This document shows positions 1-8,334 of a stretch of 64,000 nt of DNA, piece by piece (the stretch's first letter is position 1; the number at the start of each line of letters is the position of its first letter). The translations under genes were made by a program, and so were the position numbers. Source of the stretch: Thermoanaerobaculia bacterium (GTDB lineage Bacteria; Acidobacteriota; Thermoanaerobaculia; UBA5066); assembly GCA_963719225.1 (NCBI GenBank), contig CAVRAY010000002.1, positions 704,001 through 768,000 on the forward strand, given 5' to 3'. The notes beneath the pieces were generated by a model, which saw only the letters and a list, made by a program, of their open reading frames with translations, did no database searches and was not told the origin of the DNA.

Positions 1-538
1 CGAGGCCGAGCTCCCGGATGACGTGGAGGACGAGGGAGGGGTCTTCGTGCTCGACGCAGAAGCTCTCGAACGGGAGCCCGTCGGCGACGACACGCGCGAA
101 TTCGCACGTCGTCCCGTCGAGCGTGAAACCCTCGCGACGCTTGACGGTCCGGACGGCCCGGAGGGCGGGGTTCGGCTCCACGACCTCGGCGAGGAGCTCG
201 GCCAGGGTGTACGAGGCGCGCGTGAGCGCCGGCAGCGGCAGGCCCCAGGCCTCGAAGAGCTTCGGCACGATTCCGGAGTCGATCGGGAATCCCGACTTGA
301 GGATCGGGTCCCAGAGCTCGAGGCCGTCCCCGTCCACCTGCTTTCTCCACTTGAGGTCCATGAGCCCGTCGCGGACCTTCACGTTGTGCGAGCTCGTCAG
401 GCACACGAAGTACGTTTCCCGGGTCTCGCGGGGAGCCTGGAAGGCGGCTCCGTTCACCCTCCTCCGGAGGGCCTCCAGGGACGGGGCGAACGTGCGCCAC
501 TCCCAGCGTGGAATCACCATGGCGGATGTGTGGCTCAT
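1..538 (-). CDS. CYTH-like domain protein (IPRWEWRTF family, often N-terminal to or next to Ppx/GppA phosphatases); partial, runs off left edge
   Basis: Read manually from the minus strand (absent from ORF track): ATG at 538 with GGAG upstream, MSHTSAMVIPRWEWRTFAP...ETYFVCLTSSHNVKVRDGLMDLK...VKRREGFTLDG..CEFA..ESFCVE; open to position 2. The EWR/ETY/KVR/K..R/E pattern resembles CYTH tunnels. Family link is from recollection. Confidence 0.6.
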   Translation of the reverse strand, partial: MSHTSAMVIPRWEWRTFAPSLEALRRRVNGAAFQAPRETRETYFVCLTSSHNVKVRDGLMDLKWRKQVDGDGLELWDPILKSGFPIDSGIVPKLFEAWGLPLPALTRASYTLAELLAEVVEPNPALRAVRTVKRREGFTLDGTTCEFARVVADGLPFESFCVEHEDPSLVLHVIRELGL

Positions 539-641
539 CGTTCGGCTCCAGCTGCCTCGCGTCGGGACAGGCCGGCGGGGCGTGGTTGGTCCGCGCCCCG
601 CCGAGGGAAGAGAAGTCCGTTCCGGTGTCGTTTCCGAGCGC

Positions 642-2066
642 CTAGAAGTTGAACGCGAGACGACTCGAGAAGATCTGGAAGCTAGGATCGTAGATCTTGG
701 CGCCTGTCGGGCTGTAGCCCTTGTTGCACAACGCGTTCTCGTTGTTGTCCACGAAGCTGTAATTCACCATGAAGCGGAGGTTCTTCCGGGGGTAGTAGTT
801 GACACCCAGGGTAGTGATCTTCTCGATGCCCCCCTTGACCGGGTCGACGGCGGTGAGGTCGTCCTGGGTCCCCACCTCGTAGCGGGCCACGAGCTCCACG
901 GCTCCCGCCTTCGTCTTCGGCGTGGTCGTCTTGAAGACGAAAGAATCACCGGCGACATAAGCCTTCTGGCCATTGAACACGTAGGAGACCTGGAAGTACC
1001 AGGTGGAGAAATCGTGGTCGATGACGCCGGCAGCCCGCTGGGCGGCGGTCGAGGGGACCAGCTTCAGGGCGGTCGAGTCCCAGACCATGTCCGGGGCGCT
1101 CTTGCGGTTGACCTTCATCCACTCGTACTCGCCGAGCCAGGAGAGGGCTCCCCACTGGCCGGCGAATTCAATACCGGTCAGGAGCTGGTTGTTGACGTTG
1201 GTGACACCGGCGTTGAGGAACTTGGCGCCGTTGATCTTCCCGACCGACGGCCGGCCCGAGAAGTCCACGGCATAGACGCGCGGGGCGCCGGCCGCGGGCA
1301 TCCAGTCGGAGACGGCCGCTCCCAGGTGAATGAGGTGGGTGGCGTCCTTCTTCAGCGGGAGGCCGGCGAGGCGGAGCGCCGCTCCGTAGCCCTGGTTGTC
1401 GACCATCTTGTAGCCGGCGTCGCTCGCGGCGTTGTAGTTCCCGACGGTGTCGTCGAGCGACTGCCCGAAGAGGCCGGCCTTGGCGTAGAGGCGGTCATTC
1501 GAGATGCTGTAGTAGATGCCGAGGTGCCGGGAAGGGTTCCAGATGTCGGCGAAGGAACGCTCCATGACCCAGGTGTTGGTGTTGGACATCAAGGTCTCGA
1601 ACCCCATGGGGACCTTCTGGTGGCCGACCTGGATGACCTGGTCCTTGAAGCCGTTGTACTCCACGATGATGGTCTTGTAGCCGACCTCGCCGCCGGTCAG
1701 CTCGAAGTCGGCCTCGGCGGCCCACTTGGAACCCAGGTTGAGTTCGAAGCCGAGGCGGGCGGTCCGGATCATGGTCCCGCCGAGCAGATGGTTGTTGCTG
1801 CCGCTGAACCAGATGCCGTCCAGGTAGGCGCGGCCGGTCAGCTTGGCGCTGAGGCCGTCAATCTCCGGATCCTTCGCCTTCTTCCCCTCGGCGGCGGGCT
1901 TGGCCTGCCCGGCCTTCGCCTCGGCCTTGGCGGCGTCCTTCTTCGTGAGCTTCTCGACCTGCTGCTCGAGGTCACGGATCCGCTTCTCGGTGTCAGTGGG
2001 CTCCTGCGCCATGACCGGCGCGGCCAGCAGGGCGAGGAGCAGCGGGGTCACGATCGACTTCTTCAT
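642..2066 (-). CDS. OprO/OprP family phosphate/pyrophosphate-selective porin
   Basis: Signal peptide MKKSIVTPLLLALLAAPVMA, coiled coil (IRDLEQQVEKL), IRTARLG, QVGHQKVPMGFE, VMERS, FSGRP, GAVELVARY, TLGVNYY..NLRFMVNY, C-terminal Phe; AGGAG RBS before ATG 2066. Confidence 0.88.
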   Translation of the reverse strand: MKKSIVTPLLLALLAAPVMAQEPTDTEKRIRDLEQQVEKLTKKDAAKAEAKAGQAKPAAEGKKAKDPEIDGLSAKLTGRAYLDGIWFSGSNNHLLGGTMIRTARLGFELNLGSKWAAEADFELTGGEVGYKTIIVEYNGFKDQVIQVGHQKVPMGFETLMSNTNTWVMERSFADIWNPSRHLGIYYSISNDRLYAKAGLFGQSLDDTVGNYNAASDAGYKMVDNQGYGAALRLAGLPLKKDATHLIHLGAAVSDWMPAAGAPRVYAVDFSGRPSVGKINGAKFLNAGVTNVNNQLLTGIEFAGQWGALSWLGEYEWMKVNRKSAPDMVWDSTALKLVPSTAAQRAAGVIDHDFSTWYFQVSYVFNGQKAYVAGDSFVFKTTTPKTKAGAVELVARYEVGTQDDLTAVDPVKGGIEKITTLGVNYYPRKNLRFMVNYSFVDNNENALCNKGYSPTGAKIYDPSFQIFSSRLAFNF

Positions 2067-2133
2067 GGTCACTCCTACTCGTTATGGGGCCTTGCCTCGC
2101 GGGCGAGGCGCATGAACGTCTGGACTTCGTTTC

Positions 2134-2148
2134 GCAAAGGCCGAGCCA
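2134..2148 (-). promoter_or_regulatory. sigma54 (-24/-12) promoter of porin operon
   Basis: Minus strand TGGCTCGGCCTTTGC = GG-N10-GC, about 68 bp upstream of porin ATG; near-identical to the promoter at 4987-5001. Confidence 0.75.
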
Positions 2149-2224
2149 CCGTGCGCGCGTGTGTCAACTGACTGCATTCAGGTGAATTGCGGCGATCCGA
2201 CCCGCCGCCGCGCGCGACGCGGGT

Positions 2225-2272
2225 TGCGGGAACCCGCACGCGCTGTGCGGGCGCCCGCGTGCGGGTCTCGCA
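2225..2272. promoter_or_regulatory. Putative enhancer (UAS) for the sigma54 activator: tandem palindromes
   Basis: TGCGGGAACCCGCA (2225-2238), TGCGGGCGCCCGCG (2246-2259) and TGCGGGTCTCGCA (2260-2272); first two are 21 bp apart; same arrangement at 5066-5100. Confidence 0.7.
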
Positions 2273-2310
2273 AAAAAAAAGGGAAGCGGACAGGAGGTGG
2301 TCCGCTTCCC
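2272..2310 (-). terminator. Rho-independent terminator after pyrophosphatase gene
   Basis: 11-bp stem GGGAAGCGGAC / GTCCGCTTCCC (2281-2310) followed on the minus strand by U9 (A9 at 2272-2280). Confidence 0.85.
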
Positions 2311-2334
2311 CGTATGACGGGATGGAGGAGTGCG

Positions 2335-3102
2335 CTACTCGCCGAGGTTCTTCGCGCCCGGCCAGCGGTAGAGGTACGGATTGCCCTTCTCGTCGAGCGG
2401 CCGCCGGTCGGCGTCCGTCGTGACGGAGTTCTCGTAGTCGAGGACGGCGTTGCCGATGAGCTTGATCGTCTCGGCGCGGCCCTTGAAGCCCGGCGAGCTC
2501 AGGAAGAGCTTGCCGTCCTTGTCGCGGCCCTTGTAGGACGTGAACCAGGTCTGCAGGATCGAGGTCACGCCGGGGAACTTGCGGTCCAGCTCGTCGATGC
2601 TGCGCACCGAGAAGAACGGCGTGTTCTCCATGACGACGACGACCTTGTCGTCCTTTTCGCCGGTGTCCATCAGGCTCATGATTCCGATCGCGCGGCCGCG
2701 CACGACGGAGCCCGTCGGGACGGACGGCCCGAGAACGACCGCATCCAGCGCGTCGCCGTCGCCGCCCTTCGACTTCAGGAGGACGGAACGCGGGATGTTG
2801 CCGTAGTTGCACGGGTAGCCGAGGTACTGGACGTACCGCGGGGCGCCGGCCTTCTGCTCGAGCTCCATGTTCCCGGACTTCAGGTCGACCATGTACTTGG
2901 CGGTCGTGCCCGCGGGGATCTCGATGACGACGTTGACGGTCCCGTCGACGTTGACGGGGTCGTAGCCGCTCAGAAAGTTTCTTTCGCCCTTGAGGACGGA
3001 AACTTGCGGCTGAAGCGTCTCGGCCGCGGCCGAGACGCCGACGGCCGTCCCGAGCAGCAGCGCGAGGGCGACGACGCCGGACTTGATGAGGTTCTTCTTC
3101 AT
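2335..3102 (-). CDS. ppa: Family I inorganic pyrophosphatase with N-terminal signal peptide (exported)
   Basis: VVIEIPAG..KY, R, YPCNYG, DGDALD, D.GEKDDK, FTSYKG motifs; N-terminus MKKNLIKSGVVALALLLGTAVGVSAAA is a typical Sec signal. Confidence 0.88.
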   Translation of the reverse strand: MKKNLIKSGVVALALLLGTAVGVSAAAETLQPQVSVLKGERNFLSGYDPVNVDGTVNVVIEIPAGTTAKYMVDLKSGNMELEQKAGAPRYVQYLGYPCNYGNIPRSVLLKSKGGDGDALDAVVLGPSVPTGSVVRGRAIGIMSLMDTGEKDDKVVVVMENTPFFSVRSIDELDRKFPGVTSILQTWFTSYKGRDKDGKLFLSSPGFKGRAETIKLIGNAVLDYENSVTTDADRRPLDEKGNPYLYRWPGAKNLGE

Positions 3103-3125
3103 GGTGTGTCAGCTCCTCGTTTCGT

Positions 3126-3968
3126 TCACGACGGGTCGTCGTTGTTCGCGGCTTTGGGCTTCTTGGTCTTCTTCTTCGGGGCGTCGGCCGGCTTGTCGGC
3201 GGGCTTCTCGTCGGCCTTCGCGGCCGTCGTCTCGGCCGGCTTGGCCTCGAAGGGCTTCTCGTACCGGATCACGGGCGCCCCGGGCTCCATCACGACGATG
3301 TGCGGGCGGCTCTTCTTCTTCGCGTCGTCGTACGCGAGCTTCGGGCTCTTCATGAGCTCTTCCCGGATCGGCTCGGGCGCGTACTCGAGGAGATAGGCGA
3401 CGTTCCCCCACGTCGCCGTGCCCGGGTCCACGATCTCGTGGACGAGTTTTGCGGCGTTGACGAGCTGCTCCGGCGTGCGGTCCGCGTTGTGCTTCGAGTA
3501 GCGGCCCGACTTGTTGTTGAGCGTCCAGGTGTTCGACGCCTTGTCGTAGAGGATCTCGCCGCTGATGCGGCCCGGGGCGCCACCGAGCTCGGAAACGTGG
3601 CCGAAGTTCTCGCGCGTGCCGGGCTTGCGCTGGGACTGGTCCTCGGGGCGGAAGAAGCCCTTCTCGTACGTGCGGCCGAGCGGATGGGCGGCCTCGGGGG
3701 CGATTGCGACGCGGCCTTCCGTGTCGATGACCCAGTTGTAGGGCGCCATCTTCACGTCGAGGATGGCCGGGAAGTCCTTCGAGGCGATCTGGAGGTACGG
3801 GTTCAGGATCACCTTTCCGGTCTTGTCGGCCTCGTAGTGCTTGATGTACGCGGGCTGCGAGGCGACCCCGTAGGTCTGGTCGAGCGAGGCCGGGGCCTCG
3901 GCGCACAGGGGCAGCGCCGAGAGCAGCAGGCCTCCGAGGAGGGTCTTGAGCGTGTGTTTCATTGCCAT
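3126..3968 (-). CDS. Secreted protein of unknown function
   Basis: AAGGAG RBS, signal peptide MAMKHTLKTLLGGLLLSALPLCA, globular region with GHVSELGG..RISGE..WTLNNKSGRYS, Lys/Pro/Ala-rich tail; coding-like codon usage; tight operon spacing. Confidence 0.75.
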   Translation of the reverse strand: MAMKHTLKTLLGGLLLSALPLCAEAPASLDQTYGVASQPAYIKHYEADKTGKVILNPYLQIASKDFPAILDVKMAPYNWVIDTEGRVAIAPEAAHPLGRTYEKGFFRPEDQSQRKPGTRENFGHVSELGGAPGRISGEILYDKASNTWTLNNKSGRYSKHNADRTPEQLVNAAKLVHEIVDPGTATWGNVAYLLEYAPEPIREELMKSPKLAYDDAKKKSRPHIVVMEPGAPVIRYEKPFEAKPAETTAAKADEKPADKPADAPKKKTKKPKAANNDDPS

Positions 3969-4000
3969 GTGTCTCCTTGCGTGGTGCCTGGATGTGGTGG

Positions 4001-4960
4001 CTATTTCGCCGGAACCGGTCTGTTCATGAGCTTGCGGACCTTCGAGCCGCCCCACTTCGCGCCGTCGGGCATGCCGAGAGAGCCCAGCTCGCCCATGACG
4101 ACCTTCAGGAGGAACTGTTCGCCGGCCGCGTGCGTCTGGGCGACGCCGTAGAAGTCGACGTCGCCGTAGCCGTAGGAAAAATCGTACAGATAGGGCGCGC
4201 CGCCCTCCTTCGTCGCCCAGCCTTCCATGGAGACGCCGCAGGGCTCCGTGCCCGGGAGGACGACGGCACCGGGGCGAACGCGGTACGACCACGCCTTCGT
4301 CCCGACGAGCTTCGTCGTGGCAGGGAGGCCCAGCTTCAGGAGCTCGGGCATGAACTTTCCGAAGTCGCCGAGCGTCCTCTCGCCGAGGTCGGCGGGCTTC
4401 ACGGAGAAGGACGAGCCCTTCTCGATGATCTCGACGAGGCCGCCGCCGGGAGCGGGGCCGACGTTGCCCTCGGCCTCGGTCTTCGTTTTGAGGTCGACGA
4501 CGGCGAGCGGGGTCGCGAGCGTCTTCATCGCATCGTCGAAGATCGCCTTGACCGTCACGGAGACTTTCTCGTCCGGCTTGCCGTCCTTGTACTTCGTCGT
4601 GATGCGGACGAGGTAGCCCTTGCTCCAGAGCGCCTGGTCGGGCGTGTCGAAGTATTCCTTCGTCGACATCTCGAGCTTGAGCGGGTTCTTCTCCTTCTCG
4701 GTGACCGTGAAGCCCGTCTTCGCGGCGGCCGCCTTCACGCGCGTCCAGATGGCCTTGAACGCCTCCTCGGGCGTGCCCGTGGCCTTCGCGGGGTCGATGA
4801 GGAACTTGTACTCGCGCCCGCCGACGTCCTCGAGCTTCGGGGCGGGGTACTTGGCGATGGTCTGCTCGTAGAGCGGCTTCGGAGCGTCGGCCGCGGCCGC
4901 CATGCCGGCGGCGGCGACGAGAGCCGCGAGGAGCAGCCGTGGGACGGCACGGGTCTTCAT
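4001..4960 (-). CDS. Secreted CYTH-like (triphosphate tunnel metalloenzyme) protein
   Basis: GGAGG RBS; signal peptide MKTRAVPRLLLAALVAAAGMAAA; REYKFLI (ExK), EYFDTPDQALWSKGYLVR, VTVK and C-terminal SKVR match the CYTH pattern. Confidence 0.7.
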   Translation of the reverse strand: MKTRAVPRLLLAALVAAAGMAAAADAPKPLYEQTIAKYPAPKLEDVGGREYKFLIDPAKATGTPEEAFKAIWTRVKAAAAKTGFTVTEKEKNPLKLEMSTKEYFDTPDQALWSKGYLVRITTKYKDGKPDEKVSVTVKAIFDDAMKTLATPLAVVDLKTKTEAEGNVGPAPGGGLVEIIEKGSSFSVKPADLGERTLGDFGKFMPELLKLGLPATTKLVGTKAWSYRVRPGAVVLPGTEPCGVSMEGWATKEGGAPYLYDFSYGYGDVDFYGVAQTHAAGEQFLLKVVMGELGSLGMPDGAKWGGSKVRKLMNRPVPAK

Positions 4961-4986
4961 GAGAATCCTCCTGCGCCCACCGCGGT

Positions 4987-5001
4987 GCAAGGCCCGAGCC
5001 A
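4987..5001 (-). promoter_or_regulatory. sigma54 (-24/-12) promoter of CYTH-unknown-PPase operon
   Basis: Minus strand TGGCTCGGGCCTTGC(A) = GG-N10-GC; predicted +1 near 4975, just upstream of the RBS. Confidence 0.78.
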
Positions 5002-5065
5002 TGCGGCGCGTCGCGCTTAGTCCTTGCGAGAGAGCCGATTACCGGCCACGGCGGCGCGCGGCGAG

Positions 5066-5100
5066 TGCGGAAACCCGCACGCGGCGTGCGGATGCCCGCT
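5066..5100. promoter_or_regulatory. Putative enhancer (UAS): tandem palindromes
   Basis: TGCGGAAACCCGCA (5066-5079) and TGCGGATGCCCGCT (5087-5100), 21-bp period; spacer CGCGGCG versus CGCGCTG in the 2225 copy. Confidence 0.7.
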
Positions 5101-6445
5101 CAGTCCGCGGCGGGGGCGAGCCCGAGGGACTTGAGCCGGTCGTAGAGCGTCCGGCGGGCCATCCCGAGGACGGCCGCGGCCTCGGCGACGTTTCCGCCCG
5201 TGTGCTGAAGGACCCGCTCGATGTGCAGGCGCTCCATTTCCTTCATCGTCCCGAGCTCCCCGTCCGGCGTCGCCGTCGGCCTCGCGCCGTCCAGGCTCAC
5301 GTCGAGCCTCTCGAGACGGTCAGCCTTGAGGAGGATCATCGCGCGCTCGAGGACGTTCGCGAGCTCGCGGATGTTCCCGGGCCATGAATATCGGAGAGCT
5401 GTGACTCCGCTTCCGGGCCGAGGACGACCTCGGCCTTTCCCATGCGCGCGCAGACGGCGTGGAGGATGTTCCGCGCCAGGAGCGGGATGTCCTCGCTTCG
5501 CTCGCGCAGGGGAGGGATTTTCAGAGTGAGCGTGCTGACGCGGTAGTAGAGGTCGTCCCGGAACCTCCGCGCGCGCACCGCCTCCTCGAGGTCGAGGTTC
5601 GTCGACGCGAGGAGACGGATGTCGACGTGCCGGTCGCGCACGTCGCCGAGCCGCCGGAAGGTCTTCTCCTCGAGCGCCTTGAGGAGCTTCGGCTGGATCG
5701 CGGGGTCCATGTCGCCGATCTCGTCGAGGAACACGATCCCGCGGTGACCGACCTCGAGAAGCCCCTGCTTCGGGTTCACGGCGCCCGTGAACGCGCCGCG
5801 CTCGTGTCCGAACAGCTCGGACTCGAGAAGCTCGCGCGACAGGCCCGCGCAGTTCAGGTTGACGAACGCCTCTTCGCGCCGCGGCCCGTTCGCGTGGAGC
5901 CAGCGCGCGAGGACGCCCTTGCCCGAGCCTGTCTCGCCGAGGATCAGGACCGGGCTGTCCCACTCGAGCATGAGACGGGCCCGTTCCTCCATCTCGCGGA
6001 TCACCGTGCTCGCGCCGAGAAACGGATCGAACGCCCCCGGCTGCTCGCGCAGGACGAGCTCCTGCTTGCGGCGGAGCCGCTGCTGCTGGAGGAGACGGCG
6101 CACGAGGACGAGGAGGGCCTTGGACTCCACGGGCTTCGTCAGGAACTGCTCGGCGCCTTCCTTGATGGCGCGGACGGCGAGGTCGATGGAGCCGTGCGCC
6201 GTGAGGATGATGAAGGGCGTGTCCTCACTGACCTTCTTGACCTCGGCGAGGAGCTCGAGCGAGGTGCCGTCGGGCAGGCTGTAGTCGGCGATGACGATGT
6301 CGTGCCCGACCTCGCGGAAGCGCTCGAGGGACTTCCGGAGGTTCTCGGCCTCGTCGACGTCGAGGCCGCTCGCGCGGAGGAACGCCGCAAGCCCGTGGCG
6401 GACCGCGGGATCGTCCTCCACAAGGAGGATCCGGGATTCAGCCAC
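5100..6445 (-). CDS. sigma54-dependent response regulator (NtrC/AtoC family; REC-AAA+-HTH); apparent 1-bp deletion near 5395
   Basis: GTG 6445 with GGAGG; [48 protein letters not shown] in one frame, [10 protein letters not shown] and Fis-type HTH ([19 protein letters not shown]) in another; adding one C restores 448 aa. Confidence 0.9.
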
Positions 6446-8334
6446 GCACGGCCTCCGGGAGCTCCATCCGGTGGCGTGGCGCCGGGAGGCGGACGACGAC
6501 GCGCGCCCCGCCCTCCGGCCGGTTGCTCGCCTCGACGGTCCCCCCGTGCTCCTCGACGACGCGCTTGACGATCGAGAGCCCGAGGCCCGTACCGCCCTCG
6601 CGGCGCGTGAAGAACGGCTCGAAGGCGCGCGCGAGCGCCTCAGCCTCGAAGCCGGGGCCCTCGTCGTCGACCGCGAGAGACCACCAGTCATGGCCGGCCG
6701 CGCGCGTGCGCCTCGCCGTGACGGTGACGGTGCTCCGGGCGGGCGCGTGCTGGAGGGCGTTCTCGAGGAGATTGCGGAACACCTGGTGCATGCGACGGGC
6801 ATTCAGCGGAAGGACGAGCTCCGGGTCTTCGAGGTCCACGCGGACGACGCGGTCGGCCGCCGCGGCGGCCGTCTCGCAGGTTCGCCAGGCCCCGTCCAGG
6901 AGCGCGCGCACGTTGCAGGGCTCGGGGTTCAGCGTCCTCGGCTCGCCGTAGTCGCGGAGGTCGTTCATGAGGTTCGAGATCCTCTCGGCGCTCTCCCGGA
7001 GCGCCGAGACGAACGAGGCGTAGCGCGGGTCGTCGCCGAACGTCGCCTCGAGCGCGTCAAGGTTGATCGAGATCCCGTAGACCGGGTTCCGGATCTCGTG
7101 GACGACGCCGCCGACGAGGGCGCGAAGCGACTCCTCGGCGCGTCGCCGCTCCGTGATGTCCGTGCACGTTCCGGCGAGCCGCGCCGGGCGGTTCCCGGCG
7201 TCCCAGGAGACGATCTTTCCGGCGTCGAAGATCCAGATCCACTCGTCCGTCTGCGTGCGGATCCGGTATTCGGCCTGGTACCGCGGAAGGCGTCCCTCGA
7301 GGTGGGCTTGCAGCGCCGCCTCGGCCTGGCGGCGATCCTCGGGGTGAATCCGTTCGAGACCGGCTTCGAGGGTCGGTTCGACGGAGTCGGGCTCGAGACC
7401 GAGGATCTCGAACCAGCGCGAGCCCCGGTACAGGCGGCCCGTGCCGAGGTCCCAGTCCCACAGGGCCTGCTGCGTGCCCCCGAGCGCGTGCGCGAGGCGC
7501 TCCTCGCTCGCGCGCAGGGCCGCGAGCGCTTCCTTCAGGGCCGTGATGTCGCGCGAGATCCCCGCGACGCGGTGGATGCGTCCCCACTTGTTCCGCACGG
7601 GAGTCAGGACCGTCTGAAACACGCGCGTGCGGCCGGCGAGGACGTGCTCTTCCTCGAATTGTAGCGGTCCGCCCTCGGCGAGCGCGCGCTCGAGGTACGG
7701 GATGAGTCGGGCGCTGCTCGTGCCCTCGAGGCACGTCGCGACCGTGCGCCCGGCGAAATCCGGGTTCAGAAAGCCGATCCCGGCGTTCAGGGGAGGGTTC
7801 ACGGTCTGGAAGGTCATGACGCCGTCCTCAGCGATGCCGACGACGTAGATCCAGTCGAAGAGGTTCGGAAAGAGGCCGTCGAGGCGGTGGTCGAAGTCCT
7901 CGGCGGCGGGCGGAGCTTGAGACTCGGGGCGCGGCCGCTCCGCGAACGAGCGCGCGCGAGCGCCCGTTCGCGAGCCTCGCGGAACTGTTCGATGTCGCTG
8001 AAGACCTCCAGGACGCCGGCGCCGAGCATCGCGAGGACGAGGTCCTTGCGGGCGTCCGGGACGCGCGCCACGATCGGCGTGCCGGGATGCCGGTGCTGGA
8101 GCGCACGGACACGCTCGAGACTCTCTCCGCCGCGTACGTCCGTCCAGACGAGGCAGACGTCCGGGGCCCGTGCGAGAGCTCCTCGGACCCTCGCTCGTCG
8201 AGGGCGTCGAGGTCGACCAGGCTCGGCGCCGGCTCCCCGTCCCCAGCGGTGGCGCGCGCGAGTCTCCCCGAGATGCCGGGCGGAACGCCCGTCGCGAAGA
8301 TCTGCCACGCGATCGCGGAACTCGACTGTGCCAT
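6438..8334 (-). CDS. Soluble PAS-PAS sensor histidine kinase with degenerate N-terminal receiver-like domain; two apparent 1-bp deletions (near 8175 and 7912)
   Basis: HEIRNP H-box, NLLENA, DDEGPGF, FEPFFT, GGTGLGL; PAS/PAC motifs ([30 protein letters not shown]); N-terminal part split over three frames; no TM segment seen. Confidence 0.85.

Noticed and set aside
18-2171. Long plus-strand ORFs antisense to real genes (also 12829..14457, 34567..38313, 41547..44594, 47432..50512, 57150..60647 and many others)
   Set aside because: Shadow or off-frame ORFs expected at high GC; Arg/Pro/Ala-rich with no motifs, and overlapping well-supported genes.
2161-2190. Possible Pho box or IHF site between the porin promoter and enhancer (GTGTCAACTGACTGCATT)
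   Set aside because: Several mismatches to both consensuses and no clear counterpart at the second promoter; position suits IHF but support is too weak.
2225-5100. TGCGG..CCCGCA repeats as CRISPR or REP elements
   Set aside because: Only two loci, no unique spacers and no cas genes; position relative to sigma54 promoters fits enhancers better.
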